From contig NZ_JAQNDL010000001.1 in assembly GCF_028368995.1 (NCBI RefSeq), positions 2,848,001 to 2,912,000 on the forward strand: a stretch of 64,000 nt of DNA, written 5' to 3'. The notes under the pieces are model-generated. The model was not told where the DNA came from. It was given only the letters and a program-made list of their open reading frames with translations, and ran no database searches. Shown in pieces: positions 1 to 9,324 of the stretch (position 1 is the first letter of the stretch; every line of letters begins with the position of its first letter). This DNA is from Nannocystis bainbridge. GTDB lineage: Bacteria > Myxococcota_A > Polyangia > Nannocystales > Nannocystaceae. Made by a program: the position numbers and the translations under genes.

Positions 1-625
1 CGGCGGTGGCCAGGTACGACGCCAGCTGGCTGACCTGGGCCGTCGAGAGGTCCTCGAGCGCGATCTCGATGGCGACGTTGAACGGCGACCAGCGCGGGTC
101 GGAGATGAAGCGCGACGAGTGGGCCGCCCCGGCCAGCACGAACGTCAGCCGCAGCAGCGCCTCTTCGTGGGCGCGCAGGTTGAAGAAGGTCCGGATCTTG
201 CTGAAGATCTGCTCGCGGCACTCGACGTGGAGGAGCACGTCGATCTCGTCGACGAAGATGATGAGGCGGCCGGGGTACGCGGTCAGCCAGGCCTTGAACA
301 CGTCGCGCGGTTCGCCCTTGCCGATCGGCGCCGGGTCGAAGTTGGCGCTGCGGGCCACCTCGTGCAGGAACTGGCGCCAGAAGTCGTCGTACGAGCGGAC
401 CACGAACGGCGACAGGTCGACCAGCGCGCAGCGAAACTCCGGCGCCGGCAGCGACGCCATCGTCCGCGCGATCAGGCTCGACTTGCCGCTCTGCCGCGGC
501 GCCGCGAAGTACGGGTAGTACTGGTTGTCGCGGATCTGCTCGACCAGCTCGGCGTCGGCGCCGCGGCGGATGTACGCCTTGCCGGCGAACGCTCCCGCCG
601 CCCGGTACGGGTTATCGACCGTCAC
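1..625 (-). CDS. AAA-like (AAA_35/STAND-type) P-loop ATPase protein, runs off the window edge
   Basis: Not in the ORF track. Manual translation from GTG at 625: MTVDNPYRAAGAFAGKAYIRRGADAEL..APRQSGKSSL (Walker A)..LIIFVDEID (Walker B)..SPFNVAIEIALEDLS. The start overlaps the upstream stop (GTGA). Confidence 0.85.
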   Translation of the reverse strand, partial: MTVDNPYRAAGAFAGKAYIRRGADAELVEQIRDNQYYPYFAAPRQSGKSSLIARTMASLPAPEFRCALVDLSPFVVRSYDDFWRQFLHEVARSANFDPAPIGKGEPRDVFKAWLTAYPGRLIIFVDEIDVLLHVECREQIFSKIRTFFNLRAHEEALLRLTFVLAGAAHSSRFISDPRWSPFNVAIEIALEDLSTAQVSQLASYLATA

Positions 626-2760
626 CGGTAGCTCTCCTTCTTGCGCACCCGCGCCGCCAGGTCGGCGTCGCTCGCCCCCGCCGCCTCGTCCTTCCACAGG
701 TTGAAGCACAGGCACTGCGCCGGCTTCGGCAGCATCCCCGTCCGCTCGCGGATCGCCGCCCGCTCGCGCAGGACCACCGCCTGCGAGCGCGGCGGCAGCA
801 GGGCCAGCAGCCGGTCCAGCTCGGCCTCCGAGAACGGCCGCAGCTCGACCTCCGTCCAGTCGCCGAGGTTCGGGTTCGACAGCTCGAAGCTCGCCAGCAC
901 CTCGGCGATCGGGTCGCGCGTGGTCACCACCAGCCGCAGCGCCCCGCCCAGCTGGGTGACCACGCGGTACAGCGCCGGCACGAACCGCTGCGCCACCTCG
1001 GGCGTCAGCCCGCCGAACTCGTCGAGCGTCAGCAGCAGCGGGCGCTGGCCCGCCGCGGTCTGGATCTCGCGCCAGCCCTTGAAGCTCTGACCATAGGCGC
1101 GCCCGACCTCGGCGAAGAACTCGTCGAGGAACAGGTTCACGTCGTCGACCCGCATCATCTGCAGGTCGAGCAGGCACACCGCCGCGCCGGTCCCGGCCTG
1201 CCACGCGCGGTCGGCCCGCAGCAGCAGGCTCGACTTGCCGATCGAGAAGTCGCCGCGCACCACCACCACCTGCGCCCCGTCGGCCAGCGCCTCGGCCAGC
1301 GCCGCGTCGGCCGCCCGCGCCACGTACGAGCGCGCCGCCAGCCCCAGCATGCCGGCCTTCTGGAACGGATTGGTCCCGGGGGACATGCCCGATACGACAT
1401 GGTCCGAAGGACCTGTCCTCACGGGCATGCCTGAAGCGACCTGTCCGTTTGCACCTGTCCCCGAGGACACGTCCGCGATGCCCGCGGGCGTGACCCCGGG
1501 CGCGCACGCGGCCTCGGCGTGGGTCCCGAGCAGGGCGGCGATCGACCCGGCCGTGTGCGACGACGAGGCGTCCGGCTCGACCGGCAGCACGATCGGCCGC
1601 AGCCCGCTCTCGCCGGCGAAGAACGGCCCGCTCTCGCCCGCCCGCGCCCCGCTGTCACCGGCCGCCCGCGCCCCGCTCACCCCCGCCCGCGCCCCGCTGT
1701 CGCCCGCCGGGTGCGCCCCGCTCACCCCCGCCCGCGCCCCGCTGTCGCCCGCCGCCCGCGCCCCGCTGTCCGTCGACTCCGCCAATCGCTCGGCCAGCCG
1801 CGGCAGGAACGCGTGAGCATCGATCCCCTTGTAGAGCACCACCCGGCCGAGCTCGATCCCCGGGCGCAGCGCCTCGAGCAGGCGGCTCGACCCGCGCACG
1901 ATCGCTGCCTCGTCCTCCGGATAGAACGCCCACGCGATCTTGATCGGCGCCAGCCCGCCGCGGATCGTCGCAATCAGCGAGCGCGTGAACACGTCGTCCC
2001 AGCCGCTGTAGCCGAGCACCACCAGCGTGCGCGCGCTGATCAGGTGGGCCAGCGACGCCGACAGCTTGGGCCGGTCCTGCCCCAGCTGCGCCGGCGTGTG
2101 CAGCGTGTCGGTGCGAAACCAGTCGCCGTGGAAATGGACCACCAGGCAGCCCTGGCCGTCGACGCCCGACAGGCTGCCGTCGCCGTGCAGCGCCGTCATG
2201 TACGCGCGCCCGCCGGCCCGGCGCACGCTGATCGACACCAGCGGGTCGAAGTTCGAGGTCAGCACCAGCGGCCGGGTCGCAGCCGGCGCGCGCGCCAGCA
2301 CCTGCCCGAGCGCGTCCGCGGCCGGCGGCAGGTGCCAGCCCTCGACATCGTCCTCGAGCGCGCGGCACACCTCGTGGTCGTCGACCACCCGCGGCGGCGC
2401 CGGGAACCGCGGCGAGGGCCGCCGCGCCAGCAGCACCGCCTGCCGGATCACCGCGTTCGCCACGTCCTGATCGCGCGTGCGCAGCAGGTGGCGAAACGCC
2501 GCCTGGTAGCGGTTGTGGGGCTCCTTCTCGAGCGCCGCCTCGAACCGCTGCAGCTCGCTCGGCCGCTGATACTCGCCGCGGATCAGCGCGATCACCCCGT
2601 CGACCCGCGGCACCCCCGGCTCGCCCGCGCGGACCGGGGCCGTGATCGCCGAGCCCACCAGGTACACCAGCTCGTGCGGCCGCGCCGAGAGCCGGTCCAG
2701 CAGGTCCTCGTCGCTCGCGAACTCGGGCGCCATCTGGCCGGCGAAGGGATCGGCGGGCAT
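622..2760 (-). CDS. SIR2-like domain fused to a C-terminal AAA_35/STAND-like ATPase
   Basis: SIR2-like motifs LVYLVGSAIT, LTSNFDPL, VHFHGD and LVVLGYSGWD. The C-terminal part has SYVARAAD, GDFSIGKSSLL and LLLTLDEFG. Likely start is ATG 2760. Confidence 0.8.
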   Translation of the reverse strand: MPADPFAGQMAPEFASDEDLLDRLSARPHELVYLVGSAITAPVRAGEPGVPRVDGVIALIRGEYQRPSELQRFEAALEKEPHNRYQAAFRHLLRTRDQDVANAVIRQAVLLARRPSPRFPAPPRVVDDHEVCRALEDDVEGWHLPPAADALGQVLARAPAATRPLVLTSNFDPLVSISVRRAGGRAYMTALHGDGSLSGVDGQGCLVVHFHGDWFRTDTLHTPAQLGQDRPKLSASLAHLISARTLVVLGYSGWDDVFTRSLIATIRGGLAPIKIAWAFYPEDEAAIVRGSSRLLEALRPGIELGRVVLYKGIDAHAFLPRLAERLAESTDSGARAAGDSGARAGVSGAHPAGDSGARAGVSGARAAGDSGARAGESGPFFAGESGLRPIVLPVEPDASSSHTAGSIAALLGTHAEAACAPGVTPAGIADVSSGTGANGQVASGMPVRTGPSDHVVSGMSPGTNPFQKAGMLGLAARSYVARAADAALAEALADGAQVVVVRGDFSIGKSSLLLRADRAWQAGTGAAVCLLDLQMMRVDDVNLFLDEFFAEVGRAYGQSFKGWREIQTAAGQRPLLLTLDEFGGLTPEVAQRFVPALYRVVTQLGGALRLVVTTRDPIAEVLASFELSNPNLGDWTEVELRPFSEAELDRLLALLPPRSQAVVLRERAAIRERTGMLPKPAQCLCFNLWKDEAAGASDADLAARVRKKESYR
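1381..1474. repeat. 14-bp-period palindromic decamer array (7 units) inside a CDS
   Basis: ggacatgccc-gata-cgacatggtc-cgaa-ggacctgtcc-tcac-gggcatgcct-gaag-cgacctgtcc-gttt-gcacctgtcc-ccga-ggacacgtcc; units start at 1381, 1395, 1409, 1423, 1437, 1451, 1465. Confidence 0.9.
1628..1770 (-). repeat. Coding tandem repeat (SGARAAGD / SGARAGV) in the interdomain linker
   Basis: About 6 copies of 21-24 bp units (cccgcccgcgccccgctg...). Confidence 0.8.
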
Positions 2761-3071
2761 CGTGTCACCCGAGAATACCCCACGCCGGGCCACCGCCCCC
2801 GCATGACGGAGGCGACAGCGAGGGCCGCGGCCGGGTGCAGCAACCCGGCCGCGCCGCTTTCCCGTGCGATTCCGCCCCGCTCGCCCGAGGCCGCCGCCAG
2901 GCCCGCCGCGCCCTCCCGGCCGCCCGGGCGGCCCGCGCTTCCCCCGTCGCTGCCTCGCCCACCTCGCCGCTCGAGTCCGGCGAGGCCCCGCGATCTCGCC
3001 GCGAACGGGCACGACCTCCGACCGCAGCCACCGGCGTGAGGCCGCGAGCCGCCGCGCCCGCCCCGCGCCTC

Positions 3072-3220
3072 TCGCCTGTCTATTCATACATGTCCAAAAG
3101 GCCATGACAATCCCTCACGCCACCTCGCCAACCTGTCCCCAAGGCCATGACACTCGCTCCCCGCGCTACGACATTCGCTCATGGCCCCTGACCGAAAGAC
3201 ATGGCCCGAGAGTCATGTCG
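3072..3220. repeat. Degenerate 14-bp-period decamer arrays in a divergent intergenic region
   Basis: Units at 3072, 3086, 3100; 3129, 3143; 3197, 3211 (e.g. atacatgtcc-aaaa-ggccatgaca). Confidence 0.65.
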
Positions 3221-3332
3221 ACCGCGACGCCGAAGCGCGCCCCCGGAGCGGGCGCGCGCCCCCCGGCGATCGGGCTTCCCCCGCGCGAACGCCTCTGCGA
3301 CGATACCCCCTTCGGAGGTTCAATTTTTAAAG

Positions 3333-5006
3333 ATGGTCCACGTATTCGGATTTTCGCGTCGTCCCTCGCTCGCCCTCGCCTCGCTCGTGAGCGCGACGCT
3401 GACGGCCTGCCCCGCCGAGCCGGGCGACACCACCGCCAGCGACACCGGCACCGCCAGCGACACCGGCACCGGCGACACCCTCGAGCCGACCTCCACCGGA
3501 AGCTCGACCGAAGCGCCGACCACCGGGACCACGACCACCGACGGCACCAGCACCACCGGTGAGCCCGACCCGACCCGCATCGAGCAGATCCTCGCCGCGC
3601 TCGACCTGGCCATGTACGCCTGCCCCGAGCGCGTGTGGCCGGACGTGCAGGCCAGCTACCGCGCCAGCCAGGTGCTGCTGGCGTCGGTCGAGGAAAACCG
3701 CGCCTGGCTATGGAACGACCAGCTCGGCGAGGGCACCCCGCCGAACGTGACCGAGGGCCCGCTCGACAGCTTGCCGCCGGAGTGGTCGTCGACCTTCAAC
3801 GTCGGCACCCTGCAGGGCGCGCCGACGCTGGGGATCTCCCTCGACATCACGGCCGCGCACAACGCCACGCTCGAGCAGGCGGGGATCGAGGTCTGGCCCG
3901 ACTGGGCGATCCTGCTGAGCTTCCACGAGGGCTTTCATTTCCTCAGCGCGCAGAGCGACTGGAACGTCGGCAACGGCAGCCGCACCGCCCCGTACCCCGA
4001 GCCGTGGCAGCCGCGCTACCTGCGGGCCGCGCTGCTGCACGCGCTGCTCGCCGCCGTGCAGGGCGACGCCGACGCGCTCGCGGCCGCGGCCCACTGGCAA
4101 GCGCTGCTGCAGGCCGATTTCGCCGCGGAGCTGGCCGCGGGCCGCCGCTACGAGTGCACCGAGGGCAGCGCCGAGTACGCCTCGTTGATGATGAGCGCGC
4201 TGGTCGAGCTCGGCTGCGACGCGACGGACGCCGACCTGCTCGAGCTCGCCCGCTCGCGCGCCGACGACGGGCTGTTCCTCGGCATCGAGCAGTACGATCC
4301 GGGCCGCGAGTTCTACGACCTCGGCGTGCTCGCGGGGCTGCTGCTGCGCGGCCAGCAGGCGCCCGGATGGGAGCTCGAGGTCGAGGACGGCACGCCCCCG
4401 GTCCAGCTCGCGCTCGCCGGCGTGGCCCCGGCCCCGCAGCCCGACGACCCCGCGCTGCAGGCCAGCGTGCAGGCGGTGGTGGCGGCCCGCAACGAGCAGC
4501 TCGGCGCGGAGATCGAGCCGATGCTCGAGCACATGCAGAGCCCCGAGTACACCCGGATCCCCGTGTCCTTCAACTGGATCGCCGGCTCCTTCCGGGTCGG
4601 CGGCTTCTACTACCTGGCCGACGACCCCGCCGAACCGGAGGTGCTGCTGACGTTCTCGGCCGAGCTCGATCCACCCTCGGGCGTGGCGATCTCGGTGTCC
4701 CAGATGACCGCCCTCACCGGCGTGTCGACCCCGTGCGCGCTGGCGGCCGGCAACGCGATCGTGCTGACGATCCCGACCGCCGACCTCCAGGTCGCCGCCG
4801 ACAAGGCGACCGCCGCGACCGCGAAGCTGACGTTCGCCGGCCTCGAGGTCGAAGCCACCACCGACCTCGAGGGCCTGCCGTGGCTGTGCCCGACCGACGC
4901 CGGCGGGGCCGGCTACGCCCCCGCCGAGCCCAATCCCGTGCTCGACGAGCTGCGCGCGCAGGCCCACGCCCCCGGCCACCCGCTGCGCCCGCTGCTCGGC
5001 CGCTGA
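3333..5006 (+). CDS. Lipoprotein with Thr-rich linker and a putative Zn-metallopeptidase (HExxH) domain
   Basis: Lipobox LTAC; FHEGFHF plus downstream ECTEGSAEY (gluzincin-like third ligand); GGAGG upstream of ATG 3333. Confidence 0.7.
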   Translation: MVHVFGFSRRPSLALASLVSATLTACPAEPGDTTASDTGTASDTGTGDTLEPTSTGSSTEAPTTGTTTTDGTSTTGEPDPTRIEQILAALDLAMYACPERVWPDVQASYRASQVLLASVEENRAWLWNDQLGEGTPPNVTEGPLDSLPPEWSSTFNVGTLQGAPTLGISLDITAAHNATLEQAGIEVWPDWAILLSFHEGFHFLSAQSDWNVGNGSRTAPYPEPWQPRYLRAALLHALLAAVQGDADALAAAAHWQALLQADFAAELAAGRRYECTEGSAEYASLMMSALVELGCDATDADLLELARSRADDGLFLGIEQYDPGREFYDLGVLAGLLLRGQQAPGWELEVEDGTPPVQLALAGVAPAPQPDDPALQASVQAVVAARNEQLGAEIEPMLEHMQSPEYTRIPVSFNWIAGSFRVGGFYYLADDPAEPEVLLTFSAELDPPSGVAISVSQMTALTGVSTPCALAAGNAIVLTIPTADLQVAADKATAATAKLTFAGLEVEATTDLEGLPWLCPTDAGGAGYAPAEPNPVLDELRAQAHAPGHPLRPLLGR

Positions 5007-5038
5007 GCCCGAAGGCACGGCTCCGCCAGCGAATCGCA

Positions 5039-5062
5039 GGACATGTCCCCGAGGACATATCC
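5039..5062. repeat. 14-bp-period decamer array (2 units)
   Basis: ggacatgtcc-ccga-ggacatatcc between convergent genes. Confidence 0.8.
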
Positions 5063-5092
5063 TTCGATTCGCCCGGATCCCCGTCCTCTGTT

Positions 5093-6280
5093 TCACGCAG
5101 GTTCGGGCAGATCGAGCTGCTCCTGTCGGGCCCAGCGGGCGATGATCTGCAGCGGCAGCCCCGCGGCCCTGCAGTTGGCGAACCCGCGGATCTGCACGAT
5201 GCGCCGCGTCTGTGGTTCGACCTCGATCGTGAACCGCGACTGGGGCGCTCCGTCGCGGCCGGCGCTGCGCAGCGACCAGATGCTCGAGATCCCGCGGACG
5301 CAGCGTCGCACGTAGGTCCCCACGCAGTGGCGCAGCGCCCGGCCCTCGGCGCGCAGCACGTCGCTCGAGAGCAGCTCGCCGATCTCCCACTGCAGCACCT
5401 TCGGATCGCCGGTGTCGTCCGCGAGCACCAGCCCCGCCCAGCCCGCGGCTCCCCACGTCCGAAACGCCCGGGACCCCGCCGTTTGCTCGCGCAGGCGCGC
5501 CAGCGCCTGCTCGCGCCGCCAGCCGCAGACCTGCATCCACATCGTATTGGCCGAATTGCCCGAGAACCGCGGCACCGCGGAGCCCTCGCCTTCACCGATG
5601 TACGTCGCCCGCAGGTACTGCACGATCGGCCCCACCTGCTGCACCGCGAGCTCGTCCCAGCGGCGGATCATCCACTGCAGCGCCTCGCGCCAGAATGCGC
5701 CGTGGCGCAGATCGGTCGCCAGCTCCGTCTGCAACACCGCCGCCACCAGCTCGGGCTCGGCCTCCAGCGCCAGCAGCTCGGCCCGGCGGATCGCCGCGCG
5801 CACCGGCAGGTCCGCAGGTGATTTCAGCAAGATCCGCTCCATCTTGCGCGTCAGCTGCAGCGGCAGCCCCGTCAGCTTGCGGAACGCCCGCCCGCCCGCG
5901 TGTTCGATGAACCACCCGCGCTCCTCGTCGCGGTCCGGCGAATCGTCGCCGAACCACGCCGAGGCCATCATGCGCGGCACCGGGTAGCGTCCCAGCAAGT
6001 GCTGCGCCAGCGAGTGAATCAACGCCTTCGGGTGGCCGCGGCCGCCCTGCCAGGTCTCGACCGGCGCCCCGTGCCATTCATGGAAGCGGGCCAGGTTGAC
6101 GATCGCCTGCACCGCCGCGGCCCCGCCGTCCAGCAGGTTCGAGACCTCGCTCGCCACCCACAGCACCCGCGCGAACACCTGTTGCGCCGCCAGATCGGCG
6201 CGCAGCGCCGCGAAACCATGACTCACCGCATGATCGACCGCCCGTCGCGCGTGGCGACGGAAACAAATCCTATTGGACAC
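5093..6280 (-). CDS. PcfJ domain-containing protein
   Basis: C-terminal LRAEGRALRHCVGTY..IWSLR..FTIEV..IVQIRGFANC is the PcfJ pattern; GTG 6280 is preceded by AGGGAG. Confidence 0.8.
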   Translation of the reverse strand: MSNRICFRRHARRAVDHAVSHGFAALRADLAAQQVFARVLWVASEVSNLLDGGAAAVQAIVNLARFHEWHGAPVETWQGGRGHPKALIHSLAQHLLGRYPVPRMMASAWFGDDSPDRDEERGWFIEHAGGRAFRKLTGLPLQLTRKMERILLKSPADLPVRAAIRRAELLALEAEPELVAAVLQTELATDLRHGAFWREALQWMIRRWDELAVQQVGPIVQYLRATYIGEGEGSAVPRFSGNSANTMWMQVCGWRREQALARLREQTAGSRAFRTWGAAGWAGLVLADDTGDPKVLQWEIGELLSSDVLRAEGRALRHCVGTYVRRCVRGISSIWSLRSAGRDGAPQSRFTIEVEPQTRRIVQIRGFANCRAAGLPLQIIARWARQEQLDLPEPA

Positions 6281-6537
6281 ACGACTCTCCCTGCGCGCGG
6301 CCATCACCGCGCGCCGTACGAACCGACGATTCGACGCATCGTGTGCAGGCGTACCGATTCGGGCGTCGATGCTGCGCCGGCCATTCAAGGCGCGCGCAGC
6401 CGACCCAATCGTCGCCGATCGCCGCAAAAGCGGCGCTCACGACCCGTCGAGGACCCTTCGTAGGACCGGCGCCGCGCCCCCTGAACGAGGTCGAGCGCGA
6501 TCAGCCGGTCTCAGGAGAACCGAACGAACATCCCGGG

Positions 6538-6566
6538 AGAATGCATGCACCCCCCACCCCTGTCAA
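6538..6566 (-). promoter_or_regulatory. Sigma70-like promoter for the pcfJ-like gene
   Basis: TTGACA (6566-6561), 17-nt spacer, CATTCT (6543-6538). Confidence 0.6.
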
Positions 6567-6628
6567 GCATCCTTCGCCGATGGGCGCCCCCGCTCACCGC
6601 ATCCGCATCCGTCGACCGCCCGTCCACG

Positions 6629-6652
6629 CCACATGTTCCAAAGGACATATTG
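6629..6652. repeat. 14-bp-period decamer array (2 units)
   Basis: ccacatgttc-caaa-ggacatattg. Confidence 0.55.
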
Positions 6653-6841
6653 CTGATTCTCGCCATGAGCGTCACGGCTCCTCGCCGCGATCGACCCCCG
6701 AGCGATGCGCATCGTCTTCACCAGGCGTCGCCCGTGCGACCCACCCCGCCCACAGGCACCCGCACGATCGCCGCACCAGGATGCGCCGATCTGCGAACTG
6801 CGACGTGCCGCCCCTGCGCCGCTGATGCTACGTTCGCCGCG

Positions 6842-8350
6842 ATGCCTCGCCTCGCCCTCGCGACCCTCGCCCTCCTCCTCGTCGCTTGCGGCGACGACCC
6901 AGCGACCTCGACCGGCGACACCAGCGGCCCCGGCCCCTCGAGCGGCGCGCTGACGACGGGCACCGGCGGCGACGACCCCACCGGCACCACCACCGGCACG
7001 AGCAGCGACCCCGTCACCACCACCACCGGCACCATCACCACCGAGCCCGGCACCACCACCGGACCGGCCACCACCGACGCTCCCGTCACCGGCACCACCA
7101 CCGATCCGGGCACCACGGGGCCGGACCTCGAGACCGACGGCACCACCGCCACCACCGAGCCCCTGCCCGACCCGATCTGCACCGACCCGCCCGCCTGCGC
7201 CGCCGTCGCCCCCGCCGCCACCGAGCATCACCTCGGTCTGCTCGACGGCTGCGCCTTTGCCCTCGCCCCGAACGACTTCGCGGCCGGCATCGCCCGCGCC
7301 GACGCCCTGCTCGCGCGCACCGGCACGGCCGTCGACATCGAAGCCGTCCTCGGTCAGCTCAACCGCACCGGCGTCCCCGGCCTCTCCGCCTACCAGGCCG
7401 ACCGCATGAAGAACCACGACTACGTCGGCTTCCGCTGGGACGCGGGCGACGGCGCCGTCGACTACTGGTACCCGCAGGGCATCACCGGCTCGAGCGACGC
7501 CCGGGCCGATCACGAGATCGCCGGCAAGCGGCTCCTGTTGGTGTCCTGGTACCACAAGATCGAGCTCGGCCCGAACGACCCGCCGGCCAAGGGCGTGCGC
7601 CTCAGCCTGGTCGACATCACCGACCTCGACGCCATCCGCTACCGCCACCTGCTGCTCGTCACGCCGACCGGCGACGGCCCCGACGTCAATTTCGTCGCCG
7701 CCAACACCAAGAGCGGCGACGCCCTGCACGCCGGCGGGATCGCCTGGGTCGGCGACCGCCTCTACGTCGCCGAGACCTCGGCCGGCTTCCGCGTCTACGA
7801 CATGTCGCGGATCTTCGAGGCCACCGCCACCGACGACGACGCGGCGATCGGGATCGCCGGCGGCGAGGTCAACGCTCACAGCTATCGCTACGCGGTGCCC
7901 GAGATCGGTCGCTACGCCCTCACCGCCGACTCGTGCAAGTTCCGCTTCTCCTCGGTCGCGCTCGACCGCAGCGCCGACCCGCCGGTGCTCGTCACCGCCG
8001 AGTACCAGACCGACCTGACCGGCCGCCTCGCCCGCTGGCCGATCGACCTCGCCAGCGCCGCGCTGGTCGAGAGCGGCGGCCATGTGTTCGCCCACGACGC
8101 CGCCATCACCGGCCAGTCCCGCACCCAGGGCGCCGTCACCTACGAGGGTGTCTATTACATGTCGTGCTCGAGCCAGGCCCAGCAGTGGGGCCGGCTCTAC
8201 CGCAACCTCCCCGACTCGACCAGCGAGATCACCGCCTGGCCCGACGGCCCCGAAGACCTCTACGTCGAGCGCGACCTCGAGCTGATCTGGACCGCCGCCG
8301 AGCACCCGAACAAGCGCGTCACCCTCGGCATCCCCATGCAAGGTTACTGA
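6842..8350 (+). CDS. Secreted lipoprotein with a Thr-rich stalk and beta-rich C-terminal domain
   Basis: MPRLALATLALLLVAC lipobox; T/G-rich linker; WYPQGIT..LHAGGIAW beta-rich domain; strong GC3 bias. Confidence 0.75.
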   Translation: MPRLALATLALLLVACGDDPATSTGDTSGPGPSSGALTTGTGGDDPTGTTTGTSSDPVTTTTGTITTEPGTTTGPATTDAPVTGTTTDPGTTGPDLETDGTTATTEPLPDPICTDPPACAAVAPAATEHHLGLLDGCAFALAPNDFAAGIARADALLARTGTAVDIEAVLGQLNRTGVPGLSAYQADRMKNHDYVGFRWDAGDGAVDYWYPQGITGSSDARADHEIAGKRLLLVSWYHKIELGPNDPPAKGVRLSLVDITDLDAIRYRHLLLVTPTGDGPDVNFVAANTKSGDALHAGGIAWVGDRLYVAETSAGFRVYDMSRIFEATATDDDAAIGIAGGEVNAHSYRYAVPEIGRYALTADSCKFRFSSVALDRSADPPVLVTAEYQTDLTGRLARWPIDLASAALVESGGHVFAHDAAITGQSRTQGAVTYEGVYYMSCSSQAQQWGRLYRNLPDSTSEITAWPDGPEDLYVERDLELIWTAAEHPNKRVTLGIPMQGY

Positions 8351-8352
8351 TG

Positions 8353-8418
8353 GGACATGTTATCCAGGACATGCCGCAAAGGGCATGTCCCCGCGGGCAT
8401 GCTCCTCGGGACATGTCC
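8353..8418. repeat. 14-bp-period decamer array (5 units)
   Basis: ggacatgtta-tcca-ggacatgccg-caaa-gggcatgtcc-ccgc-gggcatgctc-ctcg-ggacatgtcc, starting 2 bp after a stop; a further pair lies at 8504-8527. Confidence 0.9.
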
Positions 8419-8545
8419 TGAACGCCGCCCGGCGCCGTCACCCTGGCGCTCGGCCTCCCAGCCGCCTCGCTTCGGCCCGCGACGGCCCTTGCTTCGCAGA
8501 TGCGCACCTGTCCCTTCGGACAGACGCATCCTGCACACTGCAGCC

Positions 8546-9277
8546 TCAGTTCGCCTGGGCGCCATCGAGCATGTCGGCGACGATCGCGTCGGCCGCGGCG
8601 GCCGGGTCGGGCGCGCCGAGGATCGGCCGGCCGACCACCAGGTACGCCGCCCCGTCGGCGATCGCCTGCCCTGGCGTCATCACGCGCTTCTGGTCGCCGA
8701 CCTCGGCCCCGGCAGGGCGGATGCCCGGCACCACGCAGGCGATGCCCGGGGCCGCCGCGCGCACGCCGGCCAGCTCTTGCCCGCTGCACACCACCCCGGC
8801 GCACCCGGCCGCGCGGGCGATCGCCGCCCGCATCGCCACCAGCTCCGCCGGCGCGCGCGTGTGCCCGGCCTCGGCGCAGGCGGCCGCGTCCTGGCTGGTC
8901 AGCACCGTCACCGCCAGCACCCCGAGCTCCGGCCCCGCCTCGGCGACGCACGCCTTGAGGTGGGCCAGCCCCGAGCCGGCGTGCACCGTGATGAAGCGGC
9001 AGCCCAGCGAGCGCGCCGAGCGGATCGCCCCGCACATCGTATTGGGGATGTCGTGAAGCTTGAGGTCGAGGAAGATCTCGAGCTCGGGCACCTCGCCGCG
9101 GAGCCGGCGCACCACGTCCGGGCCCTCGGCCACGAACAGCTCGAGCCCGACCTTCAGCATCCCGACGTGACCCTGCAGCGTCTGCGCCGCGGCCACCGCG
9201 GCCCGCGCGTCGGGCACGTCGAGCGCGACGATCAGGCGGCGGCGCAGTTCGGACTCGGAGGCGACGGGCAGCGGCAT
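8546..9277 (-). CDS. pyrF: Orotidine-5'-phosphate decarboxylase
   Basis: LIVALD, KVGLELF, DLKLHDIPNT, VTVLTS, PGIRP, DQKRVMTP, VVGRPI. Confidence 0.97.
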   Translation of the reverse strand: MPLPVASESELRRRLIVALDVPDARAAVAAAQTLQGHVGMLKVGLELFVAEGPDVVRRLRGEVPELEIFLDLKLHDIPNTMCGAIRSARSLGCRFITVHAGSGLAHLKACVAEAGPELGVLAVTVLTSQDAAACAEAGHTRAPAELVAMRAAIARAAGCAGVVCSGQELAGVRAAAPGIACVVPGIRPAGAEVGDQKRVMTPGQAIADGAAYLVVGRPILGAPDPAAAADAIVADMLDGAQAN

Positions 9278-9324
9278 GGGCGGCGATCTAGCAAGCGCGC
9301 CGCAGGTGTTGCAAGCTCGCCGGC

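Noticed and set aside
6900-7160. ACC-rich tracts in several lipoprotein genes as a DNA repeat element
   Set aside because: They are explained by the Thr/Gly/Asp-rich linkers typical of myxobacterial lipoproteins.
8353-8418. Decamer matches the eukaryotic p53 half-site RRRCWWGYYY
   Set aside because: The match is real but treated as coincidence: the context is bacterial and nothing here suggests a p53-like protein.
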